From: Lingula anatina
Lineage: Eukaryota; Animalia; Brachiopoda
Length of the DNA stretch: 64,000 nt
Assembly: GCA_051362555.1 (NCBI GenBank)
Contig: CM120648.1
Coordinates: forward strand, 14,132,587-14,196,586
Direction: 5' to 3'
The translations under genes were made by a program, and so were the position numbers. Below are positions 40,210-53,950 of this stretch, piece by piece. Every line of letters begins with the position of its first letter. Positions within the stretch are counted from its first letter, which is position 1. The notes under the pieces were generated by a model. The model was not told the DNA's origin. It worked only from the letters and a program-made list of their open reading frames with translations, and ran no database searches.

Positions 40210-42360
40210 CTCACAATTGAAATACTAAGAGGTATATCCTTAGCTAGTTGCTTGTCAATTAAGTTGTAATATGCAATCAATATTTTCCCATTTTCTTTTA
40301 ACATGTTGTAGTTTTTTGTCGGTCTACATATACAAAGAATTTAAACAAATATTTCTGTAGTATTTAACATATTGTTTAGTTCCTTTCCCATGTTGGGATT
40401 TCTTTTCGTTCTACATATACTAACATATATCTTAATTATTAAGATAAGTAAATAAAAACTTTTATATCACAGGCTTGCACAAGCCCAAGTATAAAAATCT
40501 AAGATCTCTCAATGACCACACCTAAATTATCTTTTACGGAACAAATGACACACGTCCAAACATTCTGTACATGTGAGCAATCCCAGAAAACATGAAGAAT
40601 AGTTTCCCTAGCAGCATTGCAAAATTCGAACTGTTCTGATTCTTTTTAAACTAGAAAAGCACTCAGAGAGCGCAGACCTCCACCAAGGCAGCAAAGTCTC
40701 CATCCAATGCCGTTTCACCCCTTTCAATATTTTTGCTTATTGATTGAATATTGATCTGGATGACCACCAAAAATTAATTATCTGTTCCTTGGCCCACTTC
40801 TGACAATTCCCGAAAATTTAATCAAAATTGGTCCATAACTTGTTTTTTTTATTATTGATTGATTATTGATCCGGATCACCACCAAAAACTAATCTGTTTC
40901 TTGGCCCACTTTTGACAGTTCCTGAAAATTTCATCAAAATCGGTCCATAACTTTTTGAGTTATGTTGATGACAGACAAACAGACAGACAAACAAACAGGG
41001 GTGAAAACATAACCTCCTTGGCGGAGGTAAAAATGTTCATAAGATAAACATTGGTACTGAATATTCTGTGATTTATTCTAAATTGAAGCATCTGCAGTTT
41101 CATGTCATCTGTTTCTTGGAAGGATCTAAATATTAGTTGCCAATCCTCATTATTTAAGGACTTTTTCATATTCTCATGCCATTTACCTATACTTTTGTTT
41201 GGTGATACAGTGTGGCCTTGGAGGAATTTTCTGTAGAAATACCTGGATGGTTTGGTAACTTTTTAAATCAAGTCAATTATTTCGTGGGATACAATGTGTA
41301 ATTTTCTTCCATGAGTAGAGATAGTTTTATGCCATTCAGATGGTGTGCTCTTTTGAATACCCAAGTATTCCAAAAAGTTTTTTCATTTATTTTAATTCTT
41401 TATTTTTTTCCATAATGGTTGTGATAGGATTTCTTCTGGGGTTATACTGGGGCTTTCCTGAATTTCACTCAAAGAATCAAGGGGTTATTAGTTGCTTGTT
41501 GTACTAGTGTTTTTAATCACCTTTTGTCAAGGTCCATATTTTATGACCCCCGATTTCTGACTGTTTACTGAGAAAAAGCACTTTTCACTTACTTTCTTCA
41601 TCCAAAAGTCTTTTTAGCCATGAAAGTTTTAGTGCCTCAGTAAAAAGTTTTATTTGTGGTACCTTAAGCCCTCCATTTTCGTAATCAGACACTATTGTTG
41701 CTCGTTTTATTTTGTCTCTTTCCCCATTTCAGATAAAGTTAAATATTATTGTATCCATAGTTTTAAAGATATGGTCTGGGGGTTTGGCAGGGCAGTTAGT
41801 ATATCCACCAAAATAGGAAATATTACGGTTTTCACCACTGTTACCTTTCCTTTTATTGAAAGATTTCTCAAGGACCATACTTCCAGGATATTTTTTTATT
41901 TTTGCAATTTTTTTTCTATAAAATTTTAATTTTAATTAAAATTTCACAATGGTTAATTTTTTTCAATTCATATTTTATACCAAGCAACTAAAATGCACCT
42001 GCATGATTCAATTTTATTTCTTTTTCAGTTTTGATTTTTTTTATAACATCCTCTTTTGGCCTCAATCCATATTGCTTCTGTTTTTTTTTTTGAAACTGGC
42101 TCTGAGGCCTGAGCACTCAGAGAATGCAGCCATTAAGTAGAGGACCCTGTTCAAGGAGAACTCATCATCCCCCAGTATAAGAGTTGTATCATCTGCATAA
42201 GACGTAATAAGAAACTCCGTATTGTTTATATTGATTCCATTAACATCAGGGTCTAATTGTGGCCAAGAAAATTTCTAAACAAAGAAAAAGATATGGGGAC
42301 AAGGGGTCTCCATGCTGTACACCCCTTTTTACTCTAAAGAACTACGAAAGATGGTCATTA
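40210..42360 (-). mobile_element. Degenerate L1/Tx1-clade LINE ORF2, from RT to C-terminal zinc finger
   Basis: Minus-strand peptides RGVQHGDPLSPYLF, GININNTEFLITSYADDTTL, LQFRINHRIFSTN and FCNAARETILHVFWDCSHVQNVW, with many frameshifts. Confidence 0.88.
40649..41030 (-). mobile_element. HINE/DINE-1-like non-autonomous Helentron inserted in the LINE
   Basis: On the minus strand: ttacctccgccaaggagg start, (GTCT/GTTT)n microsatellite, internal tandem repeat, sub-TIR ccttggtggagg, hairpin gcgctctctgagtgc, end ctagtt. It sits in a T-run with no TSD. Confidence 0.8.
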
Positions 42361-42414
42361 TTTTGTAAAGTCAGTGTATAAAGTTTTAACCCACTGTATC
42401 ATTACTGCAATACT

Positions 42415-42796
42415 GGTAAGTGAAAAATGCCAATGTGTGAAAAATGAAATTTTCACAAAAAAAAACTGTATAAATTCCAGAAAAATTAACCAATCAGAAT
42501 GGTTTTTCAACTGAAGCTGTACATGTATTTTAGTCCTTTGTTTCTTTCTTGTAAGTTTGAAAAGAGTTAGTGACATGGTTTTCCTCAAATGGTCACTATG
42601 GCAGCAGTGCCCAAAATAGGTTTTCTTCAATTTTGATGCAATATTACATAATGCTTAACAGAAAAATCACCACCTATTTAATTATGCACTGCAGGTAACA
42701 TGGATATTTAGAAAATGTTACTAGCAAAGATCTTCAGGCCAATGGAACTTCAAAGTCACACCTCGAAAACGCCAAAATGTACCAGTGCACAAGAGT
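42415..42796 (+). repeat. Family X copy ending in a possible TTAA-type terminus
   Basis: Matches 1-190 (reverse) and 48060-48350. It ends gtaccagtgcacaagag, next to a TTAA reconstituted by removing the Tc1. Confidence 0.6.
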
Positions 42797-42798
42797 TA

Positions 42799-44459
42799 CA
42801 GGGTTACCACTTAATATGGAATATTATTTTTTGGCGAATAAATTTTCTACAAAATATTTAATTTCTCTCTAACTACTTTAAATCCAAAGCTGAGGTGTCT
42901 TTTCATGTGTAGCCAGATGTGTTAACTAATTACAACACAACTCTCGAAACAATTGATGCATGCAGTTGCATGTTCTGTGGTCAGAAATGTGAGGGTGGTC
43001 TTTTCGGCAATGTCTGCCCTTGTATAAAAACGCATGGGTTTGGTCAATCTTTGGAGCGTGTTTAGAGAAGCAACGAAGGGATCGCTCTGAGACTTGACAG
43101 GTACCTTAGTGAAGATATGGTACGACAACAAAGCAACGCAGCTTACTATGGGATTCTTGCTCTCAGAGAAAATGGCCAGAAACGGACAACCATTGCCAGG
43201 TAATTCAACATTTATCAGGAACCGTTTGTGAAATCCTCCAAAGAAATGCTGCTACTGGGGCACCTACTCCAATACCTCGACCAGGGTGTCCGCGTATCAC
43301 ACCAAGAAGACAGGATCGCCTTCTCCTTAGTGGACGCCGTGCTGGTCGTACAAAGGCAACCAGTGTCCTCAGAAAAGAGAGGCAGAATGTCATTCAAACG
43401 CCCGTTTCAAGGTCCCACGTGAACAAGAGATTACTGCAAGCCGGTTATTTTGCACGAAGGCCAGTAGGGAAACCACTGTTAACAGCAGGTCATATACAGC
43501 GACGTCTGCAAAGGGCTGGGGACCACGTGCGTTTGCAGCCAAAACACTGGAATCACATTGTTTTCAGTGATAAGGCCAGATATGGATTTTTTTAGGGTTG
43601 ATCCTCAAATCCGTGTCCACCGACGTGTACGAGGGACATAAAACAATGATTGTGTACCTCCTAGGGTGCAAGCAGGGGATGGTAACGTCTCTGTTTGGAG
43701 AGCATTTCATGTCGGTGCCCAGAACCAGTTGGTTTTCCTAGGAGGCAACCTCATCCAGGATTCCTACAGAGACATTCTACAGCAAACAATGCTTCGATTG
43801 GTAAGATTCATCTTCAGGAACAACTTTGTGTACCAAGACGACTGCGCAACCCCACATCGAGGCCGCAGAATCACTGTTTTTCTTCAAAACCAATGGGTTC
43901 AGCAACTGCCCTGGCCTGCAAACTCTCCAGATATGAACCCAATTGAAAATCTGTGGGCGGAAGTAACTCACAGAATTAATAGCTATGGTCCTCGGCCGGT
44001 AAATAGTGATGAACAGCGACAGGCAAATATCACTGCTTGGAATGATATCCCCACCCAAACTCTAAAAAACGTGTCACAGGATATGCCATGTAGGATGAGG
44101 GCGCTGCAAGCGGCTGCTGGAGGTCATACCCGCAATTACTGACTTTTCATGATTTACTGTAGTGAGTTCTTTGACATGTGTGACATATCACTGTCTGGAG
44201 GCTATCATTTTCCTGAATATCTTATCTTAAAGTTTATACTGACATCAAACTGTTGATATGGTTTTCTGGGGGTGTTCCTTTCTTTTGAATAGCATCTTAT
44301 GTCAGATTTGATATTATTGACCAAAATATCTCACAACAGAAGACTGGATGTTATTATCACTCAGTGACATACTTTTTTTAATGACTCTAGCCAAAAAAAT
44401 TTAATCAGCACTCAAAAATAACAATGATAAAAAATATTCCATATTAAGTGGTAACCCTG
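42799..44459 (+). mobile_element. Full-length Tc1-family DNA transposon (1661 bp)
   Basis: TA|cagggttaccacttaatatggaatatt ... aatattccatattaagtggtaaccctg|TA, with a 27-bp perfect TIR and an internal transposase. Confidence 0.95.
43117..44142 (+). pseudogene. Tc1 DD34E transposase, disrupted
   Basis: WNHIVFSDKAR and VYQDDCATPH...WPANSPDMNPIENLW, with 34 residues between D and E. Ends AAAGGHTRNY. The 5' half is broken by stops and frameshifts. Confidence 0.92.
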
Positions 44460-45096
44460 TATCTATACTGAAATGAGTTTATTTATATTTTCAATACTTT
44501 TTTTACATAAAACAAAATAATCAATTTACTGTCCTTTTTATATGATCAACTGAGAAAATTGTTGAGATGGGACAATATCAATAGATCAATTTTACATGTT
44601 CAATTTGCTCCATTCTTAGATTAATTCAGAACATAGTGAATGATTGAATCTGACAAACTTCAATGTTATGAGTTCATTTCTGACACTTTATTATACAATA
44701 CAGGATAACAGGTTTACAATCATTTTTACATAATCAGCCAACAGTATTGTTAAGATGCAGAAAATGTGAAAAGAACACTTTTACGTATCTAATTTAGTTC
44801 AATAATGAGACTGTTCACATACTTACGAATTGAATCTCATGAAAATCACATATATACAAAAACACATTACTTCTCTTAAAACTGAAATGATCAAGCTTAT
44901 TTTGGAACATGATCTGTATACGAGTCCTATAAGTATACATGTTATCTGTTTAATGGTAGATAAAATATACTGAAAAAAATGTAAAACAAGAGCCTAACTT
45001 TTGTAAAAATGGTTCAATAAAGCTGATTAGTAGTCTTATCCTGTGAGTTTCAAGACAAAATGCCTGTTTTTTTTAAGAAGTGTTAGCAGTGTTACA

Positions 45097-45132
<36 letters not shown>

Positions 45133-46216
45133 TTATTGAGCATTAAAATGTGTACAGTTACATTTTACAAGCTCTCTAAACTACAGTTTAACATAAATTG
45201 TGCGCATACGCTTAAGTAAGTATAACTACTTTAGATCATTCCATTACCAAAATACATATAAGCTAACTACTTCATACATATAGCTGACAATATTAAGACA
45301 CAATGTAATATATAATACTGGATATAGTATTTTGTACAATATGCATTTGCTACTTAGGCATAACTGACTGTATAAACTTGGCCACTGCTGATGCACTTGC
45401 ACGACACTGTAGATTGAGAATTTGTATTATTTGCTGAAAAAAAAAGCATAACTTTTGAAAAAAATGTATCGATCATGCTGATTTTTGAACTTGACCTGTA
45501 TTTTATGAATTTATTCATCATTTATTCAAATGAAAAAAACACTAAAATGCAGCAGAGGGGAGGGGATGCAAAACTGACTGCAGACAGTAAAATATCACCT
45601 TGAAATAGAAAATAACACACCAAACTAAAAGAAAATGAACTAATTAATTCCTATAATTCATAAAAAATTTTCAAGCAATCCAAAATAGAGCAAAAAAAAC
45701 TTATATGCAAATTTTCAAATAAGGCTGACCAAAAAGTGATGTATAACCTCCACCTCTCTCTTACGTGCACACACACACACACACCCTAACACACACACAT
45801 CATTCATCATTGAGATTATTTAAAGACAACGTAGCATGACAGGATGTATAAATTCCATCTCCTTCTAGCACACACACAAACCAATTCATCTTTAAGATTA
45901 AATGAAGAAACAGAAACATGACACACTGTTATAAATTGATTTTCCCCCTGGTCATGTAAGCCTGTGTTATGTGGAGCTCAAAATAAATTCTAATGTTATG
46001 ACAAAACTGGATAAGCTGAACACTTGTTTGTTTTAAATTTCTTCTGTTTCTGACTTTAAATTAATACACAAGCTGTAGCTTCCAATATCAGCATGATTTC
46101 ATACCTTAATTTTGTTTAGTTTTTTACATAAATTTTGAAGTTTATGAAGCTTTTAACACTAAATTCTCAAACACAAAAAAGGTCCACTCCTTCGATAAAA
46201 GACCCCTCCTCCCCTT

Positions 46217-47290
46217 TTGAAATTGCTTGCTAAGGGGCCTGCTGTGAGATGTGTTCAGAACACTGGGGTCTCTACTCTGCTACAGCAACCATCAACTCCA
46301 GTATTGGTGATAAAGCAGACCTTGAAGGCATGTGTGGTGGAAATGGAAAGGGACACTGAGCCAACACTTGAGAAATACTGCATTTTAGATGGTGATTCAT
46401 ATGCCCTAAAGGGCTACCAACCTACCTCACAGTAATATCCCTCCAGTCCTACTGAAATTCATAGCCAACCATCACCTCAGTCTCAGACAGAATTCATGTG
46501 CACTGGCCAAAGTATCCTGGAGCTCTGGGATGTTTTCTAGACAACTGAAAATGGACAATTAAAAACTGATTAACAGACTCAATGACGATGTTAAGCGGCA
46601 GTGTGCTATGAAATTTTCCCTGTATATATCAGGCAGGTGCTGGGGATGTGAACATGATGATAAAAAACTGACCTATACCAGTGATGCCATGATAGAATGT
46701 TACCATGTGAACCATAACTTGTGCATAACATGAGGCAAGTCATTCACATATGCCAGGGTACAAATAGGTACCATTGGAACAAGCCCATGCTACCAGATGG
46801 CTACAGGCTACATATGACTGATGAGGAGAAAGATAAATTAAGACAAGCTATTGGCTACAAAATAGACAGAAATGCAGTATGTGCTCTTTCAGCAATTTAA
46901 TAGTAACAGCCAGAAGCAGAAGCAGGGAACCACTGATACTAATACATCAACAAACCCAAAATGTGTCACCATGTCAAGGAATTTCAGTGGCAGCTTGGAC
47001 ACGCGGTGCAGTCGTCAAGGTGAACAATGGACCAGGCCAGTCTACAGTGCAACTTGTGGGTCATTCTGGGGCCATCCTTGTCCACAATTCCTGTGTTCGG
47101 CGTTAGCTGAAAAGTGAAGATGAACAAGTGAAAATGAGAAAGGACTTTTAAATACAAGCCAAATACATGCAAAACAAGAACTGTTTTGAGAAAATATCTA
47201 ATGTATGACTCAAGACCAAGTAAAGTTATCAGTACAGAAAAGATATTTGCATGACAAGCTGCCACAGAAATCCATTAGATGCCATCCAGA
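46217..47290 (+). pseudogene. Decayed C-terminal half of a Kolobok/'Mutator-like' DDE transposase (copy 1)
   Basis: Frameshift-joined peptides: KYCILDGDSYALKG, WSSGMFSRQLK, LINRLNDDVKRQC, DAMIECYHVNHNLC, LHMTDEEKDKLRQAI, NSNSQK, TNPKCVTMSRNFSG and AVVKVNNGPGQST. Their order matches my recollection of this family. Confidence 0.65.
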
Positions 47291-47531
47291 TCAGAATAAT
47301 AAAAAACATACTGAATTTTATACATACACTGTTGTCTGTTAGTTATTCATTAAATTGTTTTTTATGGATTGGGGGTGAAAGGTAGGGTTGATTTTAAAGT
47401 AACACTTAAAAGATTTGGCCAAATTTTAAGGGTCACACTTAAAAAAGTGGGGTTAATTTTATGGTTAGGGTAAGGGTAAGACATAGGGCTAGACTTAGGG
47501 CTAGCTAGGATAAAGATTAGGGTTAGCCTTA

Positions 47532-47751
47532 GGGACCATTCCCAGTCTATCTCCCTGGGGAGTTTACTAAATTCCCATCCACTTAAAGGGCTTAAATGTC
47601 TGTCACGCCTTGTAAAACTGTTAAGGGGTAATTACTTTACCCTCTAGCTGATTAAGACATTTAAGCTGGTTAAGTTGACAGTAATCTAGTGAGACTCCCC
47701 AGGGAGTTAGATCGATCCATATGGATCGGTCTGAGCATGAGAACCCAGTCC
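47532..47751. mobile_element. 'GATCGATC'-family MITE inside block L (also 50520-50755, 55505-55724, 58495-58730, 63701-63920)
   Basis: TTA|gggaccattccca...gggagttagatcgatcc...gagaacccagtcc|TAA. Confidence 0.7.
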
Positions 47752-49209
47752 TAAAAGTTGGGCTTAATGTTAGGGTAATGATTAAAGGTAGGTTTACAGG
47801 ACATACTTCAGATATTGCTCAGTGCAGGACACATAAATGTGTTTTGATATTGATCCATTTTAAGCATTACAGTTGCCATAGAAATTTAAAAAACATGCCA
47901 TCCACTTTCCCTCTAGGTTACAAACCACTATAAAAAATCCCATTCACTTTCATTGTAATGTTTAATTCTTTCCTTGCTTCAACAAACACTTCCACCTACA
48001 ACCTAAACAGTATACCTTACCAGTATAGCCATCCAGTCATAATAATTTCATTGTAAGTATGGTAACACAGTTTTTTTTCATAACGTTTGTGGTGGCAGTG
48101 CACAAAGCAGTTTTCTTGTCAATTTTGATGCAATATTACATACTGATTAAAAGTGAAATTACCACCAACTAAAATATCTAGCATAAATAACATGAATTTG
48201 TAGAAAATTTGATTTTTATTCAGTTTCATGCTCGTCAGAGTTCAAAGTCCCATGGTGAAAATGCCAATAAATTTCACAAAAATGTATAACTTAAGAAAAA
48301 GAAGCCAATTAACACTGCCTTTCCAACTCAGGCTGCATTTTAGTCCTAATTACTGTAAATACACTTATTGTGTCTGTATATAAAAATCAAGATATCTTAT
48401 CAGCATAGCCTCCCAGTCACAAGAACTTTACTGTAAGGTGCTGCCCCCAAGCAGATGAAAAAAGCACTAAAATGCAGCAGAGGGGAGGGTATGCAAAACT
48501 GACTGCAGGCAGTAAAATATCACCTTGAAATAGAAAATAACACACCAAACTAAAAGAAAATGAACAAATTAATTCCTATAATTCATTAAAAAGCTTTCAA
48601 ACAATCTGAAATAGAGGAAAAACCTCAATTTTCCCTTGTATGCAAATCTTCTTGCCTCAAAATTATCAAATAAGGCTGACCAAAAAGTGATGTATAATGT
48701 CTATCTCTCTCTTACACACACACACACACATACACACACACACACACACTTGCAGACAGGCACAAATGATGTCATCACTGAGATTATATGAAGACAACCT
48801 AGCATATGACTAGATGTATAAATTCCATCTCTCTCTCTAACACACACACACACACACAGACACACACGCACACACCAAGTCTTCTTTGAGATTAAGTGAA
48901 GACACAGAAGCATGACACAATGTTATAGTTCTAAACAGATATTCTCCCTGTTCACGTTGGCCTATGTGTTATGTAGAGCATTAAATTAATTGTAATGTTA
49001 TGACAATACTTGATAAGATGAACACTTGTTTCTTTTAAATTTCTTCTGTTTTTGACTTTCGATTCATACAGCTTTCAATATCAGCATGATTTCATACCTT
49101 TATTTTGTTTAGTTTTTTACATAAATTTTGAAGTTTATGAAGCTTTTAACACTAAATTCTCAAACACAAAAAAGGTCCACTCCTTCGATAAAAGACCCCT
49201 CCTCCCCTT

Positions 49210-50285
49210 TTGAAATTGCTTGCTAAGGGATCTGCTGTGAGATGTGTTCAGAACACTGGGGTCTCTACTCTGCTACAGCAACCACCAAGTCCAGCACTGG
49301 TGATAAAGCAGACCTTGAAGGCATGTGTGGTGGAAATGCAAAGGGACATTGAGCCAACACTTGAGAAATACTGCATTTTAGCAGGTGATTCATATGCACT
49401 AAAGGGCTACCAACCTACCTCACAGTAATATCCCTCCAGTCCTACTGAAATTCATAGCCAACCATCACCTCAGTCTTGGACAGAATTCATGTGCACTGGC
49501 CAAAGTATCCTGGAGCTCTGGGATGTTTTCTAGACAACTGAAAATGGACAATTAAAAACTGATTTACAGACTCAATGATGATGTTAAGCGGCAGTGTGCT
49601 ATGAAATTTTCACTGTATATATCAGGCAGGTGCTGGGGATGTGAACATGATGATAAAAAACTGACCTATACCAGTGATGCCATGATTGAATGTTACCATG
49701 TGAACCATTACTTGTGCATAACACGAGGCAAGTCATTCACATATGCCTGGGTACAAATAGGTACCATTGGAACAAGCCCATGCTACCAGATGGCTACATA
49801 TGACTGATGAGCAGAAAGATAAATTAAGACAAGCTATTGGCTAAAAAAAAGACAGAAATGCAGTACGTGCTCTTTCAGGAATTTAATAGTAACAGCCAGA
49901 AGCAGAAGCAGGGAACCACTGAAACTAATACATCAACAAACCCAAAATGTGTCACCATGTCAAGGAATTTCAGTGGCAGCTTGGACACGCAGTGCAGTCT
50001 TCAAGGTAAACAGTGGACCAGGCCAGTCTACCGGTACAGTGCAACTTGTGGATCATGCTGGGGCCATCCTTGTCCCCAATTCCTGTGTTCGGCGCTAGCT
50101 GAAAAGTGAAGATGAACAAGTGAAAATGAGAAAGGACTTTTAAATACAAGCCAGATACATGCAAAACAAGAACTGTTTTGAGAAAATATCTAATGTATGA
50201 CTCAAGACCAAGTAAAGTTATCAGTACAGAAAAGATATATGCATGACAAGCTGCCAAAGAAATCCATTAGATGCCATCCAGATCA
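49210..50285 (+). pseudogene. Decayed DDE transposase fragment (copy 2, L' variant)
   Basis: Paralogous to 46217-47290. Confidence 0.62.
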
Positions 50286-52867
50286 GAATAATAATAAACA
50301 AATTGAATTTTTTACATACACTGTTGTCTGTTATTTATTCATTAAACTGTTTTTTATGGATTGGGAGTGAAAGGTAGGGTTGATTTTAAAGTAACACTTA
50401 AAAGAACTGGCTAATTTTCAAGGGTCACACTTTAAAAAGTGGGGTTAATTTTAAGGTTAGAGTAAGGGTAAGACATAGGGCTTGACTAAGGGCTAGGATA
50501 AGGATTAGGGTTAGTCTTAGGGACCATTCCCACAGATATTTGGATCAGTCTATCTCCCTGAGGAGTTTACTAAATTCCCATCAACTTAAAGGGCTTAAAT
50601 GTCTGTCACGCCTTGTAAAACTGTTAGGGGGTAATTACCTTTACCCTCTAGCTGATTAAGACATTTAAGCTGGTTAAGTTGACAGTAATCTAGTGAGACT
50701 CCCCAGGGAGTTAGATCGATCCATATGGATCGGTCTGAGCATGAGAACCCAGTCCTAAAAGTTGGGCTTAATGTTAGGGTAATGATTAAAGGTAGGTTTA
50801 CAGGACATACTTCAGATATTGCTCAGTGCAGGACACATAAATGTGTTTTGATATTGATCCATTTTAAGCATTACAGTTGCCATAGAAATTTAAAAAACAT
50901 GCCATCCACTTTCCCTCTAGGTTACAAACCACTATAAAAAATCCCATTCACTTTCATTGTAATGTTTAATTCTTTCCTTGCTTCAACAAACACTTCCACC
51001 TACGACCTAAACAGTATACCTTACCAGTATAGCCTTCCAGTCATAATAATTTCATTGTAAGTATGGTAACACAGTTTTTTTTCATAACGTTTGTGGTGGC
51101 AGTGCACAAAGCAGTTTTCTTGTCAATTTTGATGCAATATTACATACTGATTAAAAGTGAAATTACCACCAACTAAAATATCTAGCATAAATATCATGAA
51201 TGTGTAGAAAATTTGATTTTTATTCAGTTTCATGCTCGTGAGAGTTCAAAGTCCCATGGTGAAAATGCCAATAAATTTCACAAAAATGTATAACTTAAGA
51301 AAAAGAAGCCAATTAACACTGCCTTTCCAACTCAGGCTGCATTTTAGTCCTAATTACTGTAAATACACTTATTGTGTCTGTATATAAAAATCAAGATATC
51401 TTATCAGCATAGCCTCCCAGTCACAGGAACTTTACTGTAAGGTGCTGCCCCCAAGCAGATGAAAAAAGCACTAAAATGTAGCAGGGGGGAGGGTATGCAA
51501 AACTGACTGCAGGCAGTAAAATATCACCTTGAAATAGAAAATAACACACCAAACTAAAAGAAAATGAACAAATTGATTCCCATAATTCATTAAAAAGCTT
51601 TCAAACAATCTGAAATAGAGGAAAAACCTCAATTTTCTCTTATATGGAAATCTTCTTGCCTCAAAAATATCAAATAAGGCTGACCAAAAAGTGATGTATA
51701 ACCTCTATCTCTCTCTTACACACACAAACACACACATACACACACACACACACACACTTGCAGACAGGCACAAATGATGTCATCACTGAGATTATATGAA
51801 GACAACGTAGCTGGCATATGACTTGATGTATAAATTCAATCTCTCTCTCTAACACACACATAAAAACACAAACACACACACACGCACACACCAAGTCATC
51901 TTTGAGATTAAGTGAAGACACAGAAGCATGACACAATGTTATAGTTCTAAATAGATATTCTCCCTGTTCACGTTGGCCTACGTGTTATGTAGAGCTTTAA
52001 ATTAATTGTAATGTTATGACAATACTTGATAAGATGAACACTTGTTTCTTTTAAATTTCTTCTCTTTTTGACTTTCGATTCATACAGCTTTCAATATCAG
52101 CATGATTTTATACCTTTATTTTGTTTAGTTTTTTACATAAATTTTGAAGTTTATGAAGCTTTTAACACTAAATTCTCAAACACAAAAAAGGTCCACTCCT
52201 TCGATAAAAGACCCATCCTCCCCTTTTGAATGTGTAGAAAATTTGATTTTTTTTCAGCTTCATGCTCGTGGGAGTTCAAAGTCCCATGGTGAAAATGCCA
52301 ATAAATTTCACAAAAATGTATAACTTAAGAAAAAGAAGCCAATTAACACTGCCTTTCCAACTCAGGCTGCATTTTAGTCCTAATTACTGTAAATACACTT
52401 ATTGTGTCTGTATATAAAAATCAAGATATCTTATCAGCATAGCCTCCCAGTCACAAGAACTTTACTGTAAGGTGCTGCCCCCAAGCAGATGAAAAAAGCA
52501 CTAAAATGCAGCAGAGGGGAGGGTATGCAAAACTGACTGCAGGCAGTAAAATATCACCTTGAAATAGAAAATAACACACCAAACTAAAAGAAAATGAACA
52601 AATTGATTCCCATAATTCATTAAAAACCATTCAAACAATCCGAAATAGAGAAAAAACCTCAATTTTCTCTTATATGGAAATCTTCTTGCCTCAAAATTAT
52701 CAAATAAGGCTGACCAAAAAGTGATGTATAACCTCCATCTCTCTCTTACACACACCCATACAAACACACACACACACACACTTGCAGACAGGCACAAATG
52801 ATGTCATCACTGAGATTATATGAAGACAACGTAGCATATGACTAGATGTATAAATTTCATCTCTCTC

Positions 52868-52909
<42 letters not shown>

Positions 52910-53772
52910 ACACACACACACCAAGTCTTCTTTGAGATTAAGTGAAGACACAGAAGCATGACACAATGTTATAGTTCTAAATAGATATTCTCCCTGTTCA
53001 CGTTGGCTTACGTGTTATGTAGAGCATTAAATTAATTGTAATGTTATGACAATACTTGATAAGATGAACACTTGTTTCTTTTAAATTTCTTCTGTTTTTG
53101 ACTTTCGATTCATACAGCTTTCAATATCAGCATGATTTCATACCTTTATGTTGTTTAGTTTTTTACATAAATTTTGAAGTTTATGAAGCTTTTAACACTA
53201 AATTCTCAAACACAAAAAAGGTCCACTGAGCTCCTTCGATAAAAGACCCCTCCTCCCCTTTTGAATGTGTAGAAAATTTGATTTTTATTCTGTTTCATGC
53301 TCGTGGGAGTTCAGAGTCCCATGGTGAAAATGCCAATAAATTTCACACAAATGTATAACTTAAGAAAAAGAAGCCAATTAACACTGCCTTTCCAATTCAG
53401 GCTGCATTTTAGTCCTAATTACTGTAAATACACTTATTGTGTCTGTATATAAAAATCAAGATATCTTATCAGCATAGCCTCCCAGTCACAAGAACTTTAC
53501 TGTAAGGTGCTGCCCCCAAGCAGATGAAAAAAGCACTAAAATGCAGCAGAGGGGAGGGTATGCAAAACTGACTGCAGACAGTAAAATATCACCTTGAAAT
53601 AGAAAATAACACACCAAACTAAAAGAAAATGAACAAATTGATTCCCATAATTCATTAAAAACCTTTCAAACAAACCGAAATAGAGGAAAAACCTCAATTT
53701 TCTCTTATATGGAAAACTTCTTGCCTCAAAATTATCAAATAAGGCTGACCAAAAAGTGATGTATAACCTCTG

Positions 53773-53826
<54 letters not shown>

Positions 53827-53918
53827 TTGCAGACAGGCACAAATGATGTCATCACTGAGATTATATGAAGACAACGTAGCATATGACTAGATGTATAAAT
53901 TCCATCTCTCTCTCTCTA

Positions 53919-53950
<32 letters not shown>

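Noticed and set aside
43666-44142. Active Tc1 transposase
   Set aside because: Only the C-terminal 158 codons are open. The DNA-binding half has stops and frameshifts.
47460-47535. TTAGGG-like repeats as an interstitial telomere
   Set aside because: Short and highly degenerate. They continue after the MITE (ttagggtaatg) and are repeated only as part of block L.
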